From the NCBI GenBank assembly GCA_010093605.1, contig MU004197.1:1-64000 (forward strand): a stretch of 64,000 nucleotides of DNA, written 5' to 3'. This document shows positions 1-13,179 of this stretch, piece by piece. Below the pieces are notes generated by a model. The model was not told where the DNA came from, made no database searches, and saw only the letters and a program-made list of their open reading frames with translations. Origin of the DNA: Lophium mytilinum (Eukaryota). Each line of letters opens with the position of its first letter. The stretch's first letter is position 1. The position numbers and the translations under genes were made by a program.

Positions 1-95
1 CCTAACCCTAACCCTAACCCTAACCCTAACCCTAACCCTAACCCTAACCCTAACCCTAACCCTAACCCTAACCCTAACCCTAACCCTAACCCTAA
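1..95 (+). repeat. Telomeric (CCCTAA)n tract, chromosome left end
   Basis: About 16 perfect CCCTAA units from base 1, ending ...cctaa|gagat. Confidence 0.98.
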
Positions 96-2040
96 GAGAT
101 ACCTAGATTTAAGCTTTAGTAAACGTAGCTTGGAATTAATTCCTAAGGCCGGCTTGCAGTTAATTAACGCCTTAAGGGCTAAGTTATAGGGGCGTTGTTG
201 TCTAATCTAAGTACTCTAACTTCAGCCAAGCTATGCTATACTTCTTAAGGGAGTCTAATAATCTAAGGCCATACAAGGTTATAGAATTCCGGGGGTCTTT
301 TTAATTTATCCACTCTTTTTTCCATAGTACAGATAATTAAGTAGAATTACTATATCTAGCAGTAATTTGCGCAAGGCGGATATAAAGAGATGCTAAATAA
401 CTATTTACTAGCTATTTATTTAGTGTTGCTACATGCCTAGCATTACGCCCGGGGGTAACCTAAAGAGATAGTACCTAGAAAAGAAATACCTAGCAATTAA
501 GGTTTATAATAGTAAAGGTATTAACTTCTTCTATAGAAAGAACCTAGTAGGGGTAATAAGGCTTACTACTATTATCCAGCCTATCCTTTATAGTAAATTC
601 GGGACTTACGCTTTCTTTAAGTTGCTTAAGTATAGTAAAAAGTACTTGGAACTTGGTTTAAACCCTATAGGATAAGTGTCTATCTCTCTAGAGTATAGTA
701 TAGTGGCGTTAGAGAATAGTAGTAAAACTATTCTAAAGCTATTTTCTTTTTAATAATCTTCTAGAGCTACCTGCTGCTTTAAACTACTACTTAATTATTT
801 TAGTTAAGAACGCAAGAGCTTCTAGTTAAGTATTATAAAAGGGCGTAATATTCTTAACGGGTAACTTAAGCATAATCTTATTACTATTATAGATTTTATT
901 ATATGCTATACTACTAATACGGCTATAGTTACCTGCTTAGAGCTCTACTATTAGAGATAATGCGCCCTAGGTAAGATAGTAGGGGTATAATGTTGTATAA
1001 ATCTTTTCTTTTCCGCCGTTGTAGAAGTAAGTGGCCTAGTAGTTATTATAGCTAGTTTTGCGTAGAAGGGTAACCCCGGTATCTAGCTAATTAGTAGTTA
1101 GAATATCTTTATATCTATAGTTAACCTATATCCCCTTATCTAGCATATTAATTAGGTTTTTATTAAAAGTAGTAGTTAAAGTACATAGTAGCTAATCCCT
1201 GCTTTAAATTATACTTAAGAACTTATATACTATTTTTAGATTGTAACCTAAGACTACTAGGAATACTTCTTTAAATAAATCTTCGGGTATAGTATCTATT
1301 CCTATAAAGTTTTCTGCGTTATAAAGAACTTAGTCCTAGAATTCTTAGAGTTAATACTATAGAATTATATACTTAGTATTAACATAAGAGTCTCTAGATA
1401 ATATTATATATTTTTCTTTCTTAACGCTTGCTTTACCCTATATAATATTAAAACTATATAGTATATGCTGCCACTTATTAGGTGTTAGAGTATACTTTAC
1501 TGCAGGTAAGATAATATTATTAAGCTAAGCTGCTTATATTATATCTAGTAGATATAAAGTGTCGCCCTTCTACTTATTTAGTATTAGCATCTAGGGGAAA
1601 AATACGTAAGTTTTAAATTAATGCTTACACCCGTGCCCTATATAAAGCTGCTTTATTATATAGAGCTTATAGCCGCGTATTATAATATATTAGTTTTAAG
1701 TAATACTTTAGAGGAAGAATAGTTATAGAGATAGTAAGAAGTATAAATTATAGGCCGCTAAAGTAGAGATGCCGATAATAACGCTATTAATGTTATATAC
1801 TTACCGGATTTTAATCTCTTTATTCGCTATAAAGCTAGCTTTAGACCTTATAAAACTAAGCCTTAGAGTTTCTATATTACTAGTTTCTCCACTTAATATT
1901 AATTTCTATAGGACATTATTAAAGTTGTTAGGATTATCCTCTCTCTATAATAGCTCTAGTTAGCTCCTAAGATAGAAGGCTGCATTAGCTATAATAGGCT
2001 CTTATTAGGAGGGAAGGTTCTAAGCTAGAAGAAAGCTAGT
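96..2040 (-). pseudogene. RIP-inactivated ORF core (uncharacterised fungal protein; motifs VYDIDS, WLDNIILPA, GGIAYNKIYNSNK, SYGVRTEFRV, YGLGL..YGMAW..DW)
   Basis: Manual translation of one minus frame from 2040 to 96 with RIP reversal (TAA/TAG to CAA/CAG/CGA/TGG, A to G) gives protein-like sequence with no frameshift. An acidic and Pro-rich coding-like stretch lies upstream to about 3700. Confidence 0.7.
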
Positions 2041-4299
2041 AACTTAGCTAAGGGATCTACTCTAAGGAACTATTATATAGTTACTTACTATATTATAATA
2101 TTAGCTACTATATTATCTAAATAGAAAGAGTTAAGATATATAGTAAGTATACTAGACTTCTAACGCTAATTAGATTATACTTACTACATATAGAGTATTT
2201 ACTAATAGATTATTATACCTATATATATTAGCTTTATATAAACTATAGAGCTTATAATACTTACCTATTAGGGTCTATCTTATCTATAACTTTGTCTATA
2301 ATCTTGCTGTTGCCTTTACTATTTAAGGCTGTATTATCTACCCTACTGCCTTAATTCTCTAGTATAACTTTATTAAGTAAACCCGGTAATTTATCTATAG
2401 TATCTTACTGTCCTTATATATATACACCTTCTCTACCCTCTTTAACTCTATTATCTAATACCTTATCTACATCTGCACCTACTTCTACCTTATTCTTAAG
2501 TTAGGTAAATTCCTCTTCTACAACCTTAGTTACTAGCGTTGGGCGGAGAGATAATAAGGCAGCGTACTACTCCATCTAAACCTAACTATTATTATGCGCT
2601 AGTTGCATAAACTAACTTATATTAGCTAGTATTTCCTTCTTATCTATTTATTCTATAGCGTCTATTCTAGAGAGCACTTCTATGGCCTTATTTTATTGCG
2701 CTAAGAATAATTCTACTATAATCTCTTTATTAGTTATTTACGCAAGTATATAGAGCAGTAATATAGTAATAAGGGCTAGTATTTAGCGTTATATTATTAG
2801 TTCTAGTTATATAGAAGTAGAAGCCGCTATAGTTTATTAAGCGCGTAAACTTGCGTATAGTATTATAGCCGTCTATAGGGTATTCTAGAGGGTAAGAATA
2901 GTATATACGCCTGTATATACGTGTAGTATAGCTATAGGTTTAAGAAACGCTTTATAGAGATAGTGTATAGCGGGTAGAATCTAGCCCGGAGCTCTATTAT
3001 TATTATTTGCGGCTTGCTAAGGTGTCCCTACGCTAGAAGGTAGTAATAGAGAGGGCAACACCTCTCTAGCATTTAGAGGCGGTGGTAACGCAGGTATATA
3101 AGGAGATAATGCAGAAGATGCAGGTAATAGCAACTCTAATACTGCCTCTTCTACTTCTTTATCTACTTGGGCTACTTCTTTATTTACTTTACTTTCTTTA
3201 GCTGCTTCTTCTTCTTCTTTAACTACTACTCCCTTAATAGTCTATATAATAGTATACTTACTACTATTACTCTAATCTTACTCTGCAGCTTCCGTTAATT
3301 CTATATTACTTTAAATTTTAGGTATATATTAGGCTGCTCTTAACTTACTAGAGCGTATACTACTGCTAGTAGACTGCTAGGTATAAGAAAGTTATATTAG
3401 TTAAGTAGGTTAAAAGGTTAGAGGAGCGAGAGAATAAGTACTGCTATAAGTAGCCCGCCCTAGAGTAGAATATTAGGTAGGTTTAGTAGATAGAGAAGGA
3501 GCGGTAGAATAGATACTACTATAGATAGACCGCTATAGAGAAGTATATTACATAGGTTGCATAGGTTAGATAAATAGAGAAGAAATAGTAGAACGGGTAC
3601 TACTATAAGTAGACCGCTGCGGAGAAGTATATTACGTAGATTAAGTAGAGGTAGAAGGTAATAATTCTTCTATTAAGACGGGTTCTACTTAAGTTTATTA
3701 GAACCTAACCGTAAATACTAGGAGATTGCAAAAGATATACTAATTATAAGTTGTGCAATAGTTTCCTCTAAAGGCTCCTAAGGTGCAATTAGTTGTTAAA
3801 AGGGCGTGGGCGCAGGGCGGGTGGGATAAGGGGCCCTAATATTTATACTAGAAAGACCTCTAGGGTTTTTAAAGATAATTAGAAATAGATCTAGAATAGA
3901 AGTAGAAGTAGGCTTATTAGCCTCTCCTACTACAGCTATTTAGTCTACAGCCCTCTTCTTTTTATCTCTCTTGCGTTGGTTTAAATCCACTATTAAACGT
4001 AATTTAGCTGCTTTTCGCTCTTCTTTATTCTAGTACTTTCGGGGGCGTCCCATGCTAACTACTAGGTGTAGTAGTAAGGGGGATAATAGTTTAGAATATA
4101 GAGCTAAGGAGCGGAAAGCGGTTAGAGAGTATAATTAGTTAAAAATAAGGATTTATTAACATTCTTATTGTAGGGCTTACCCTGCCTAACCCGTTTTAAC
4201 ACCCCTTACGGATACGGCCACTTAGTTAAGGTCGCTAGGGAAGGGCCCTAGCAGGAAGGCTTCCTGCGGTAGCCCTATTAATTACTTTATCTATAAACG

Positions 4300-5250
4300 T
4301 TATATAAACTGTATCCTGCCCTTTACTTTATATATTTTATTTAATGCGGCTGAAATTTCTATTACATAAGAATACTATCTAGTAGTAACCCGTGCTAAGG
4401 CGAGGCTATTATAACGCAAAACCCTTTCTATTATATCTATTACCCTCTATAGGCACCTACTACTAGGACTTCGCCTTTTCTATAATGCTTTAATTTTAAT
4501 TACGTATACTGTATATAGTATTATAGCTCCGTTATAGTATCTTAATATCTAGGAGTTATTATATGCAGCAGTAGGAAGGCTGCTTAATTATAGGGCTATA
4601 CTCTGCGCTGCTAGCCGCCCTCTTTCCTTACCCTCTACACCCACCTAGAGCTATAACTATAGCCTATAAAATATTTCTAAATTGCTAGAATGCTATTACA
4701 TTATATAATAAGTAATTTTTCTTATAAATATCTTTAACCTTGTATTATAGTGGTTCTATGCAGCGCTAGTTAAGGTCTTTATTAAGTGCAAGGCTAGCAT
4801 TACGCTAAACTCTTTAAGTAACTTCTATTATTTAGAATCTTACCTCTATATATAACTGCCACTACTACTATAGCCTGCATATTAATTCTAAGTTAATAGA
4901 TCGCTATTACATTACGTATTATATATAATTCTTTGTATATTTCTTCTATACTACATTATAGTAGTTGCATGCAGTAGTAGTTGCACTAATTCTTAAGCGC
5001 GAGGCTATTCTTACGCTAAACCCTTTAAGTAATTTCCATTCTATGCCTGCGCACTCTGCGGCCTCTCTACACCCACCTTAAGCCACCACCACGGCTTGTA
5101 AATTAAATTAAAGTTAATAGAACGCTATTGTATTACATTCTAAGTATTATTCTTTACATGCATACTCTATTTTACGTCGTGGTAGTTAAATGCGGTGGTG
5201 CGAGGTTATACTGCACGCAATTCTTAAAGGTTAATTTTCTCTATATTAAA
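4300..5250. repeat. Degenerate ~210-bp tandem array (about 5 units) at the inner end of unit 1
   Basis: Anchor atgc(a/g)g at 4344, 4563, 4758, 4969, 5190. Anchor gc(g/a)agg(c/t)ta at 4400, 4788, 4999, 5200. Shared ctctacacccacct and ttacgctaaa..ctttaagtaa blocks. Confidence 0.6.
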
Positions 5251-5260
5251 CTCGCTTCTC

Positions 5261-5290
5261 CCTATCTAACCCTAACCCTCTAGCCCCTAT
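5261..5290 (+). repeat. Interstitial degenerate telomere repeat at the unit boundary
   Basis: cctatctaaccctaaccctctagccccta. Confidence 0.6.
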
Positions 5291-5294
5291 AATA

Positions 5295-8200
5295 TAAAAC
5301 TAAGCCTTAGAGTTTCTATATTACTAGTTTCTCTACTTAATATTAATTTCTATAGAATATTATTAAAGTTATTAGAATTATCCTCTCTCTATAATAGCTC
5401 TAGTTAGCTTATTAGATAGAAGGCTGCATTAGCTATAATAGGCTCTTATTAGGAGGGAAGGTTCTAAGCTAGAAGAAAGCTAGTAACTTAGCTAAGGGAT
5501 TTACTCTAAGGAACTATTATATAGTTACTTACTATATTATAATATTAGCTACTATATTATTTAAATAGAAAGAGTTAAGATATATAGTAAGTATACTAGA
5601 CTTTTAATACTAATTAGATTATACTTACTATATATAGAGTATTTACTAATAGATTATTATATCTATATATATTAGCTTTATATAAACTATAGGGCTTATA
5701 ATACTTATCTATTAGAGTCTATTTTATTTATAACTTTATCTATAATCTTACTATTACCTTTACTATTTAAGGCTATATTATCTACTCTACTACCTTAATT
5801 CTCTAGTATAACTTTATTAAGTAAACCTAGTAATTTATCTATAGTATTTTACTATCCTTATATATATATACCTTCTCTACCCTCTTTAACTCTATTATTT
5901 AATACCTTATCTATATCTATACCTACTTCTACCTTATTTTTAAGTTAGGTAAATTTCTCTTCTATAACCTTAGTTACTAGCATTAGGTAGAGAGATAATA
6001 AGGCAGCGTACTACTCTATCTAAACCTAACTATTATTATACGCTAGTTATATAAACTAACTTATATTAGCTAGTATTTTCTTCTTATCTATTTATTCCGC
6101 AGCATTTATTCTAGAAAGTACTTCTATAGCCTTATTTTATTACGCTAAGAATAATTCTACTATAATCTTTTTATTAGTTATTTATATAAGTATATAGAGT
6201 AGTAATATAGTAATAAGAGCTAGTATTTAGTATTATATTATTAGTTCTAGTTATATAGAAGTAGAAGCCGCTATAGTTTATTAAGCGCGTAAACTTATAT
6301 ATAGTATTATAGCTATTTATAGAGTATTCTAGAGAGTAAAAATAGTATATACGCCTATATATATATATAGTATAGCTATAGGTTTAAGAAACACTTTATA
6401 GAGATAGTATATAGTAGATAGAATCTAGCCTAGAGCTCTATTATTATTATTTACAGCTTACTAAGGTATTTCTACGCTAAAAGGTAGTAATAGAGAGGGT
6501 AATACCTCTCTAGTATCTAGAGGTAGTAGTAATATAGGTATATAAGAAGATAATATAGAAGATATAGATAATAGTAACTCTAATACTACCTCTTCTACTT
6601 CTTTATCTACTTAGGCTACTTCTTTATTTACTTTACTTTCTTTAGCCGCTTCTTCTTCTTCTTTAACTACTACTCCCTTAATAGTCTATATAATAGTATA
6701 CTTACTACTATTACTCTAATCTTACTTTATAGCTTCTATTAATTTTATATTACTTTAAATTTTAGGTATATATTAGGCCGCTTTTAACTTACTAAAGTAT
6801 ATACTACTACTAGTAGACTACTAGGTATAAGAAAGTTATATTAGTTAAGTAGATTAAAAGGTTAGAGAAGTAAGAGAATAAGTACTACTATAAGTAGCCC
6901 GCCCTAGAGTAGAATATTAGATAGGTTTAGTAGATAGAGAAGAAGTAGTAGAATAGATACTACTATAGGTAGACTACTATAGAGAAGTATATTACGTAGG
7001 TTATATAGATTAGATAGATAGAAAAGAAATAGTAGAATAGGTACTACTATAAGTAGACTACTATAGAGGAGTATATTATATAGATTAAATAGAGGTAGAA
7101 GGTAATAATTCTTCTATTAAGACAGGTTCTACTTAAGTTTATTAGAACCTAACTATAAATACTAGAAGATTATAAAAGATATACTAATTATAAGTTATAT
7201 AATAGTTTCCTCTAAAGGCTTTTAAGGTGTAATTAGTTATTAAAAGGGTATAGGCGTAGGGCGGGTAGAATAAGGGGCCCTAATATTTATACTAGAAAGA
7301 CCTCTAGAGTTTTTAAAGATAATTAGAAATAGATCTAGAATAAAAGTAGAAGTAGGCTTACTAGCCTCTTCTACTATAGCTATTTAGTCTATAGCCCTCT
7401 TTTTTTTATCTCTCTTATATTAGTTTAAATCCACTATTAAATATAATTTAGCTGCTTTTTACTCTTCTTTATTCTAGTACTTTTAGGGGCGTTCTATACT
7501 AACTACTAGGTATAGTAGTAAGGGGGATAATAGTTTAAAATATAGAGCTAAGGAGTAGAAAGTAGTTAGAAAGTATAATTAGTTAAAAATAAGAATTTAT
7601 TAATATTCTTATTATAGGGCTTACTCTACCTAACCTATTTTAATACCCCTTATAGATACAGCCACTTAGTTAAGATTACTAGAAAAGAGCCCTAGTAGAA
7701 AGGCTTTCTATAGTAGCCCTATTAATTACTTTATCTATAAATATTATATAAACTATATCCTGCCCTTTACTTTATATATTTTATTTAATGCGGCTAAAAT
7801 TTCTATTATATAAAAATACTATCTAGTAGTAACCTATACTAAGGTAAGGCTATTATAATATAAAACCCTTTCTATTATATCTATTACCCTCTATAGATAC
7901 CTACTACTAGGACTTCACCTTTTCTATAATACTTTAAATTTAATTATATATACTATATATAGTATTATAGCTCTATTATAGTATCTTAATATCTAGAAGT
8001 TATTATATATAGTAGTAGAAGGCTGCTTAATTATAGGGCTATACTCTATGCTACTAGCCGCTCTCTTCTTTTACTCTCTATATCTATCTAGAGCTATAAC
8101 TATAGCCTATAAAATATTTCTAAATTACTAGAATACTATTATATTATATAATAAGTAATTTTCCTTATAAATATCTTTAACCTTATATTATAGTAGTTCT

Positions 8201-8736
8201 ATATAGCGCTAGTTAAGGTCTTTATTAAGTATAAGGCTAGTATTACACTAAACTCTTTAAGTAACTTCTACTATTTAGAATCTTACCTCTATATATAACT
8301 ACTACTACTACTATAGCCTATATATTAATTCTAAGTTAATAGATTACTATTATATTATATATTATATATAATTCTTTATATATTTCTTCTATGCTATATT
8401 ATAGTAGTTATATATAGTAGTAGTTATACTAATTCTTAAGTGCAAGGCTATTCTTATACTAAACCCTTTAAGTAATTTCTATCCTATATCTATATACCCT
8501 ATAGCCTTTCTATATCTACCTTAAGCTACTACTATAGCTTATAAATTAAATTAAAGTTAATAGAACGCTATTATATTATATTCTAAGTATTATTCTTTAT
8601 ATATATACTCTATTTTATATTATAGTAGTTAAATGCAGTAGTATAAGATTATACTACACGCAATTCTTAAAGGTTAATTTTCTCTATATTAAACTTACTT
8701 CTCTCTATCTAACTCTAACCCTCTAGCCTCTATAAT
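5295..8736 (-). repeat. Subtelomeric repeat unit, copy 2 (truncated, more heavily RIP-mutated)
   Basis: Colinear with 1851-5293, and differences are almost all C>T or G>A in this copy (e.g. gccaccaccacggcttg vs gctactactatagctta). Ends ctatctaactctaaccctctagcctctataat. Confidence 0.92.
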
Positions 8737-11700
8737 TAAGTCTTAGCTAAATAGTATATTAAATATATATAATAATTTTAATTAATATAGCTAATATAGA
8801 TAGATAATACTTCTATATCTATCTACTCTAGCTAGTACTATACTATTCTTCTATCTATACCTATATTAGCCTCTACTAGTTATAAATACCTATATAATAA
8901 GATAAATAAGTAAGAGATTAGAGCTATAGAAAAAGTTAAAAAGAATATAAAAGTTATATAAGAGATAAGAGTATAGAACTATAAAAGATAGTAAGATTAA
9001 ATAGTATAAGAGTCTATATATCTAGCTAATCTACTTTATAATTAAACTATTCTATAGCCCGCCTTACTAAAGAAACTAGACTAGAACTATACTACTCTAA
9101 GGCAGAGCCTTATTATAACCTTATACTATTTTACTAGACTAGAATATAGATAGCTTAATATTTCTATATATAGGTAGTATAGAGTTATCTAAACTATAGC
9201 TATTATTAGAACTAAAAGTATAGCTATATAGCTAAATATTCTAACTAGGTATATAGATTCTATAGGGGGGGAATTTACTACTAGTAGACTGCCCTTCTAT
9301 TTTTCTATCTAGGGACCTCTCTACTATAGAGGAGTACCCTATAATATAGTATATAACTACTTATAGCGTAGTAACTAATAGAGGGCTAGAATTATAGAAA
9401 GAAGGCCTAAATAGTAGTAAAGAGGGTGTTTTAGACTAAGAGAGAAAAGAATATAATAGCTTAAAGTTGCATAATTTAGTTAGTAAAGGTAGAGGCGTTT
9501 ATTATTAATAATATAGAAGAGGGATATATACTATAGCTAAAGGAGATAGCTAGCAGGTTATTCGCGTTTAAGTAGATTATCTAACTAGGGATAAAGTTAG
9601 TAATAAGGGAATAGCTACGCGTTATAATATTAATACCTCTATTAGGGCCTTTAACTTAGCTAGCTATCTATCTAATAATATAGAATATAAAGTCTATAAT
9701 CTCTTAACTAACTACTATTCTAATAGCGTAGAAGATGCTATCTAGAAATAATAGTAGAAGGTAGTAGCGCGCATATAGTAATTAGTAGAAGTTAATATAA
9801 GTATATAAGTATAAGCTCTAGTTTAAGGTAATATAATAGAAGAGGTAATTATATAGATAGAAGAATTTAATTATATAGAATAATAGGGCTTTATTAAGGG
9901 GGGGATAGAGAAGAGGTATATAACTAGCTAAAGATACTAAGTTAATATATATAGACTATATCCGGCTAGCTCTATTATATTCTATTATAATAAATGCGCA
10001 ACTTACTCCCTTTTTATTCCCTTCTTTCTATACTACTTAATTATAATCTGCTTTACTTCTCTTTATAGTTATTATTCTCGCACTCTATCTTAAGAAATAG
10101 AATATTTTTTTACTATACGCCCTCTATCTATTATTTAGTAAGGCTTAATATTACCTACTTAAATATAGAAAAAGATAATATAGAACTATTTCTTTCTACT
10201 CTAAATAGAAACTTACTATATAACTTAAATATACTATACTATATACTCTATCTATAGTATATATTAATATATATATAGCTAATATATATAACTATAAATA
10301 GTAAAGAAGTAAAACTATGCTACCTTAAAACTAATTAATATAGTAATATATCTAGCTTTCTTAACTCTAATACCTACTAACTAATAATAAATATATAGAA
10401 CTTAATAAGTAAAAGAAAATATACTACTAGAATATTTTAAGACGGCAATACTATATTATCTTAGCCGTCTAGCCGCACCTTATCTCTTACTAGAAAGAGA
10501 AAATATAGTATAGAGAATAAGAATAGGTATATACCTATCTTCTAATCTAGTAATACTAACTTTTATATATAAATAGACTTTAAATATAAGATTAGCTTAT
10601 ATATATATTATAGCTACTCTACTAAATAGTATATACTAATAAATACCTATTAGGGTGCCGCCGTAGTCTAAAATAAGATAGCGGCTAGAATAGAAGCCTA
10701 TAGAGCTATTAACTAAATAACTAGGTCTAATATCTTTATATTAAGTAGTCTACTATTCTTCTCTTCTACTAGCCGCTTTTTAGGTATAGGTAGAGGTATA
10801 CCCGTTTATAACTATATTAGCTCCCTTAGTATAAAATAATATAGTAAAATAATTTAGATATAGAATAGTATAGATAGGTATACTAAAGTACTAACTATAA
10901 AGGTAAAATATATAGTAGTAGAAGAATAAATAAGATACTAGATACTTAGAAGTATAGTATTAGGTACTAATATAATTAGAGAATATAGTAATAACCTTAT
11001 AGCCTAGACTAAAAGTATTAAGCTAGATATATTTTAGTAAGTACTAATATAAATATAGATAAATATCTATAAAGACTAACTATTCTATACTTAAGCTAAT
11101 ATCCCTACTACTCTAGACCCTTTTTACGCGCGGAAGGTATATTACTTTCTTTCTACTTCTATAACTTTATATAATAGCTAATTATAATATATAACCTAGA
11201 TTTATAATACTTTTAGTTATTTCTATAACGCTATAATAAAGGTTACTTATAATATTATATAAGAATACTATAGTTTTAGTTCTATAACTCTAGATATTAC
11301 TAGTACCGCGTTAATACTAATAAAGAATTAGAACTATCTCTTTAGGGTAGATAAAGACTAAGTTAAGATTAGTTACTAATCTAGTATTAGATAGTATTCT
11401 AATAGATTATAGAGGCTACTAGTAATCTTTATAGCTAAGGCTATCTAGATAGTAGTTATAGACCTACTCTTTATAGAATAGTCTATAAACGCCTTAGAAA
11501 TATAAAGATACTTAAAAGAGTTTTTTAACCCCCTTTTAGGTAACACTATTATATATATATATACTTGCCTCTACTATACTATTAGTAAATATATCTTAGG
11601 CTAGAAGCGCATAAACCTAATTTATAGAGTTACTACTACTAGTATTAACTATCTTAAATTACTATATAGTCTACTATCTAACACGCAATATATATATTAT

Positions 11701-12339
11701 ATACTATTCTCTAGCCTAGATATCTAGCGCATGTGTTACTAGCTCTAATAGTCTACTAGAATATTAAAATTATTAAGATTAGTAATAGTTATATAATTCT
11801 TAAAAATATATATAGGTATTACTATCTATATAATGCGTAAAGTCTATAATATATATAAAGTTACTATAGACTATAAAGCTCTAGTAGAGGTAGTAAAAAG
11901 AAATAACTAGATATACTAGTATAACTTTAAATTTCCTACTATATATAATAATTATATATTTAGTATATAAGGCCCTATCTATATTATTATCTATCTATCT
12001 ATAACCTAGGCGGATTAGGCAGTTTTAAAAGGTTAGATAGAGGAGGTAGATAGCTATATTTATAAGAACTATAAAGTAGTTATTAACTATAATAATTACC
12101 TATAATACTAGATTATCTATAATTAAGAATTATCCGCGTAGCCTGCGCGTAAATTTTATATAAGAAGTAGATAAACTTTTATAAAGTAGTATAAAGCCTA
12201 TAGAGTAGTAAAATATATAGTTTTCTAGAAGGTTATATAAGTAACTAGTATTCTCTATATATTTTTTAATTTAGAAATTTCTAATACTATATATACTATA
12301 GAAAATAGAAAGTATATATAGTAAAATAGATATACTATA

Positions 12340-12432
12340 TAGCTTTACTATAAGTAGCCTTATATATAGCCTTATATAAGGCTTATATATATAGCCTTAT
12401 TTATAGCCTTATTTATAGCTTTATATATAGCT
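12340..12432 (+). repeat. ~12-bp tandem repeat (tagccttat[a/t]ta)
   Basis: Successive tagccttatata / tagccttattta units. Confidence 0.7.
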
Positions 12433-12650
12433 AAGTATAGGCTATTAGAAATAGTAAAAATATATAATAAAATAAAAAGGCTATATAGCCTTACTATAAA
12501 GCGCTAGAGTAGTATTTTAAGCTCTCTAGGCTAATTAAAAGACTAGATAAAATAGAGGATATATATATACTAAGAAGGGAGTATACTTATACTAATTAGA
12601 GGGGGTACTAGTACTAGTCTCTATAAAAAACCCTTAACTTTAATAAAGCT

Positions 12651-12757
12651 TTAGCCTTATTTAAAGTTTTAACCTTTAAAGAAGCCTTAACCTTATTTAA
12701 AGTTTTAACCTTTAAAGAAGTCTTAGCCTTATTTAAAGTTTTAACCTTTAAAGAAGC
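12651..12757 (+). repeat. 3 x 36-bp tandem repeat
   Basis: ttagccttatttaaagttttaacctttaaagaagcc at 12651, 12687 and 12723. Confidence 0.9.
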
Positions 12758-13179
12758 TATATATAGTAGTTTAAATATATTAAGTAAAAATAGTTAGCTT
12801 ATATTTTTATATAAATAGTTTAATATTACTTAAATAGGCTAGTATAATAGTAGTAGTAAATAGCTTTAGTAAATATAATATTTTAAGCTAGTCTCTATTA
12901 AGTAAATAGGCTAATACTAGTATAGCTAGTAGATAACTCTAAAAGTATTCTATTATAATAGTAATAATATTATTTTTACTTTAATAATAAGTACTTTAAA
13001 AATAATAAGCTAAATTAGTAGTAACTTTTAGGCTATATAATAAAAGTACTACTAATACTAACTACTTCTAGTAAGTAGCTTTATACTAGTACTATATAAG
13101 AGACTTTAAATATATAGAAACTATTTATAGTATATTATTATTAAGGCTAAACTCTTATTTTTAAAGAAGCTATATAATA

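Larger units (their letters stand above)
96..5293 (-). mobile_element. Subtelomeric RIP-mutated repeat unit, copy 1 (candidate mobile element, truncated by the telomere)
   Basis: Segment 1851-5293 aligns to 5295-8736 at offset ~3444. TpA-rich and CpA/TpG-depleted. Inner end carries cctatctaaccctaaccctc. Contains a degenerate minus-strand ORF. Confidence 0.6.

Noticed and set aside
1769..1963. 64-aa plus-strand ORF in the AT block
   Set aside because: Antisense to the RIP-mutated minus-strand ORF, with L/I/S-rich composition typical of AT-rich noise.
96..5293. Calling the unit a MoTeR-like retrotransposon or telomere-linked RecQ helicase
   Set aside because: No RT (YxDD) or helicase (Walker A, DEAH) motifs were recognised in the deRIP translation I performed.
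10441..12321. Possible long plus-strand ORF relic
   Set aside because: Reads as plausibly coding after deRIP but has no recognisable motif. Lack of TGA stops is uninformative in RIP-mutated DNA.
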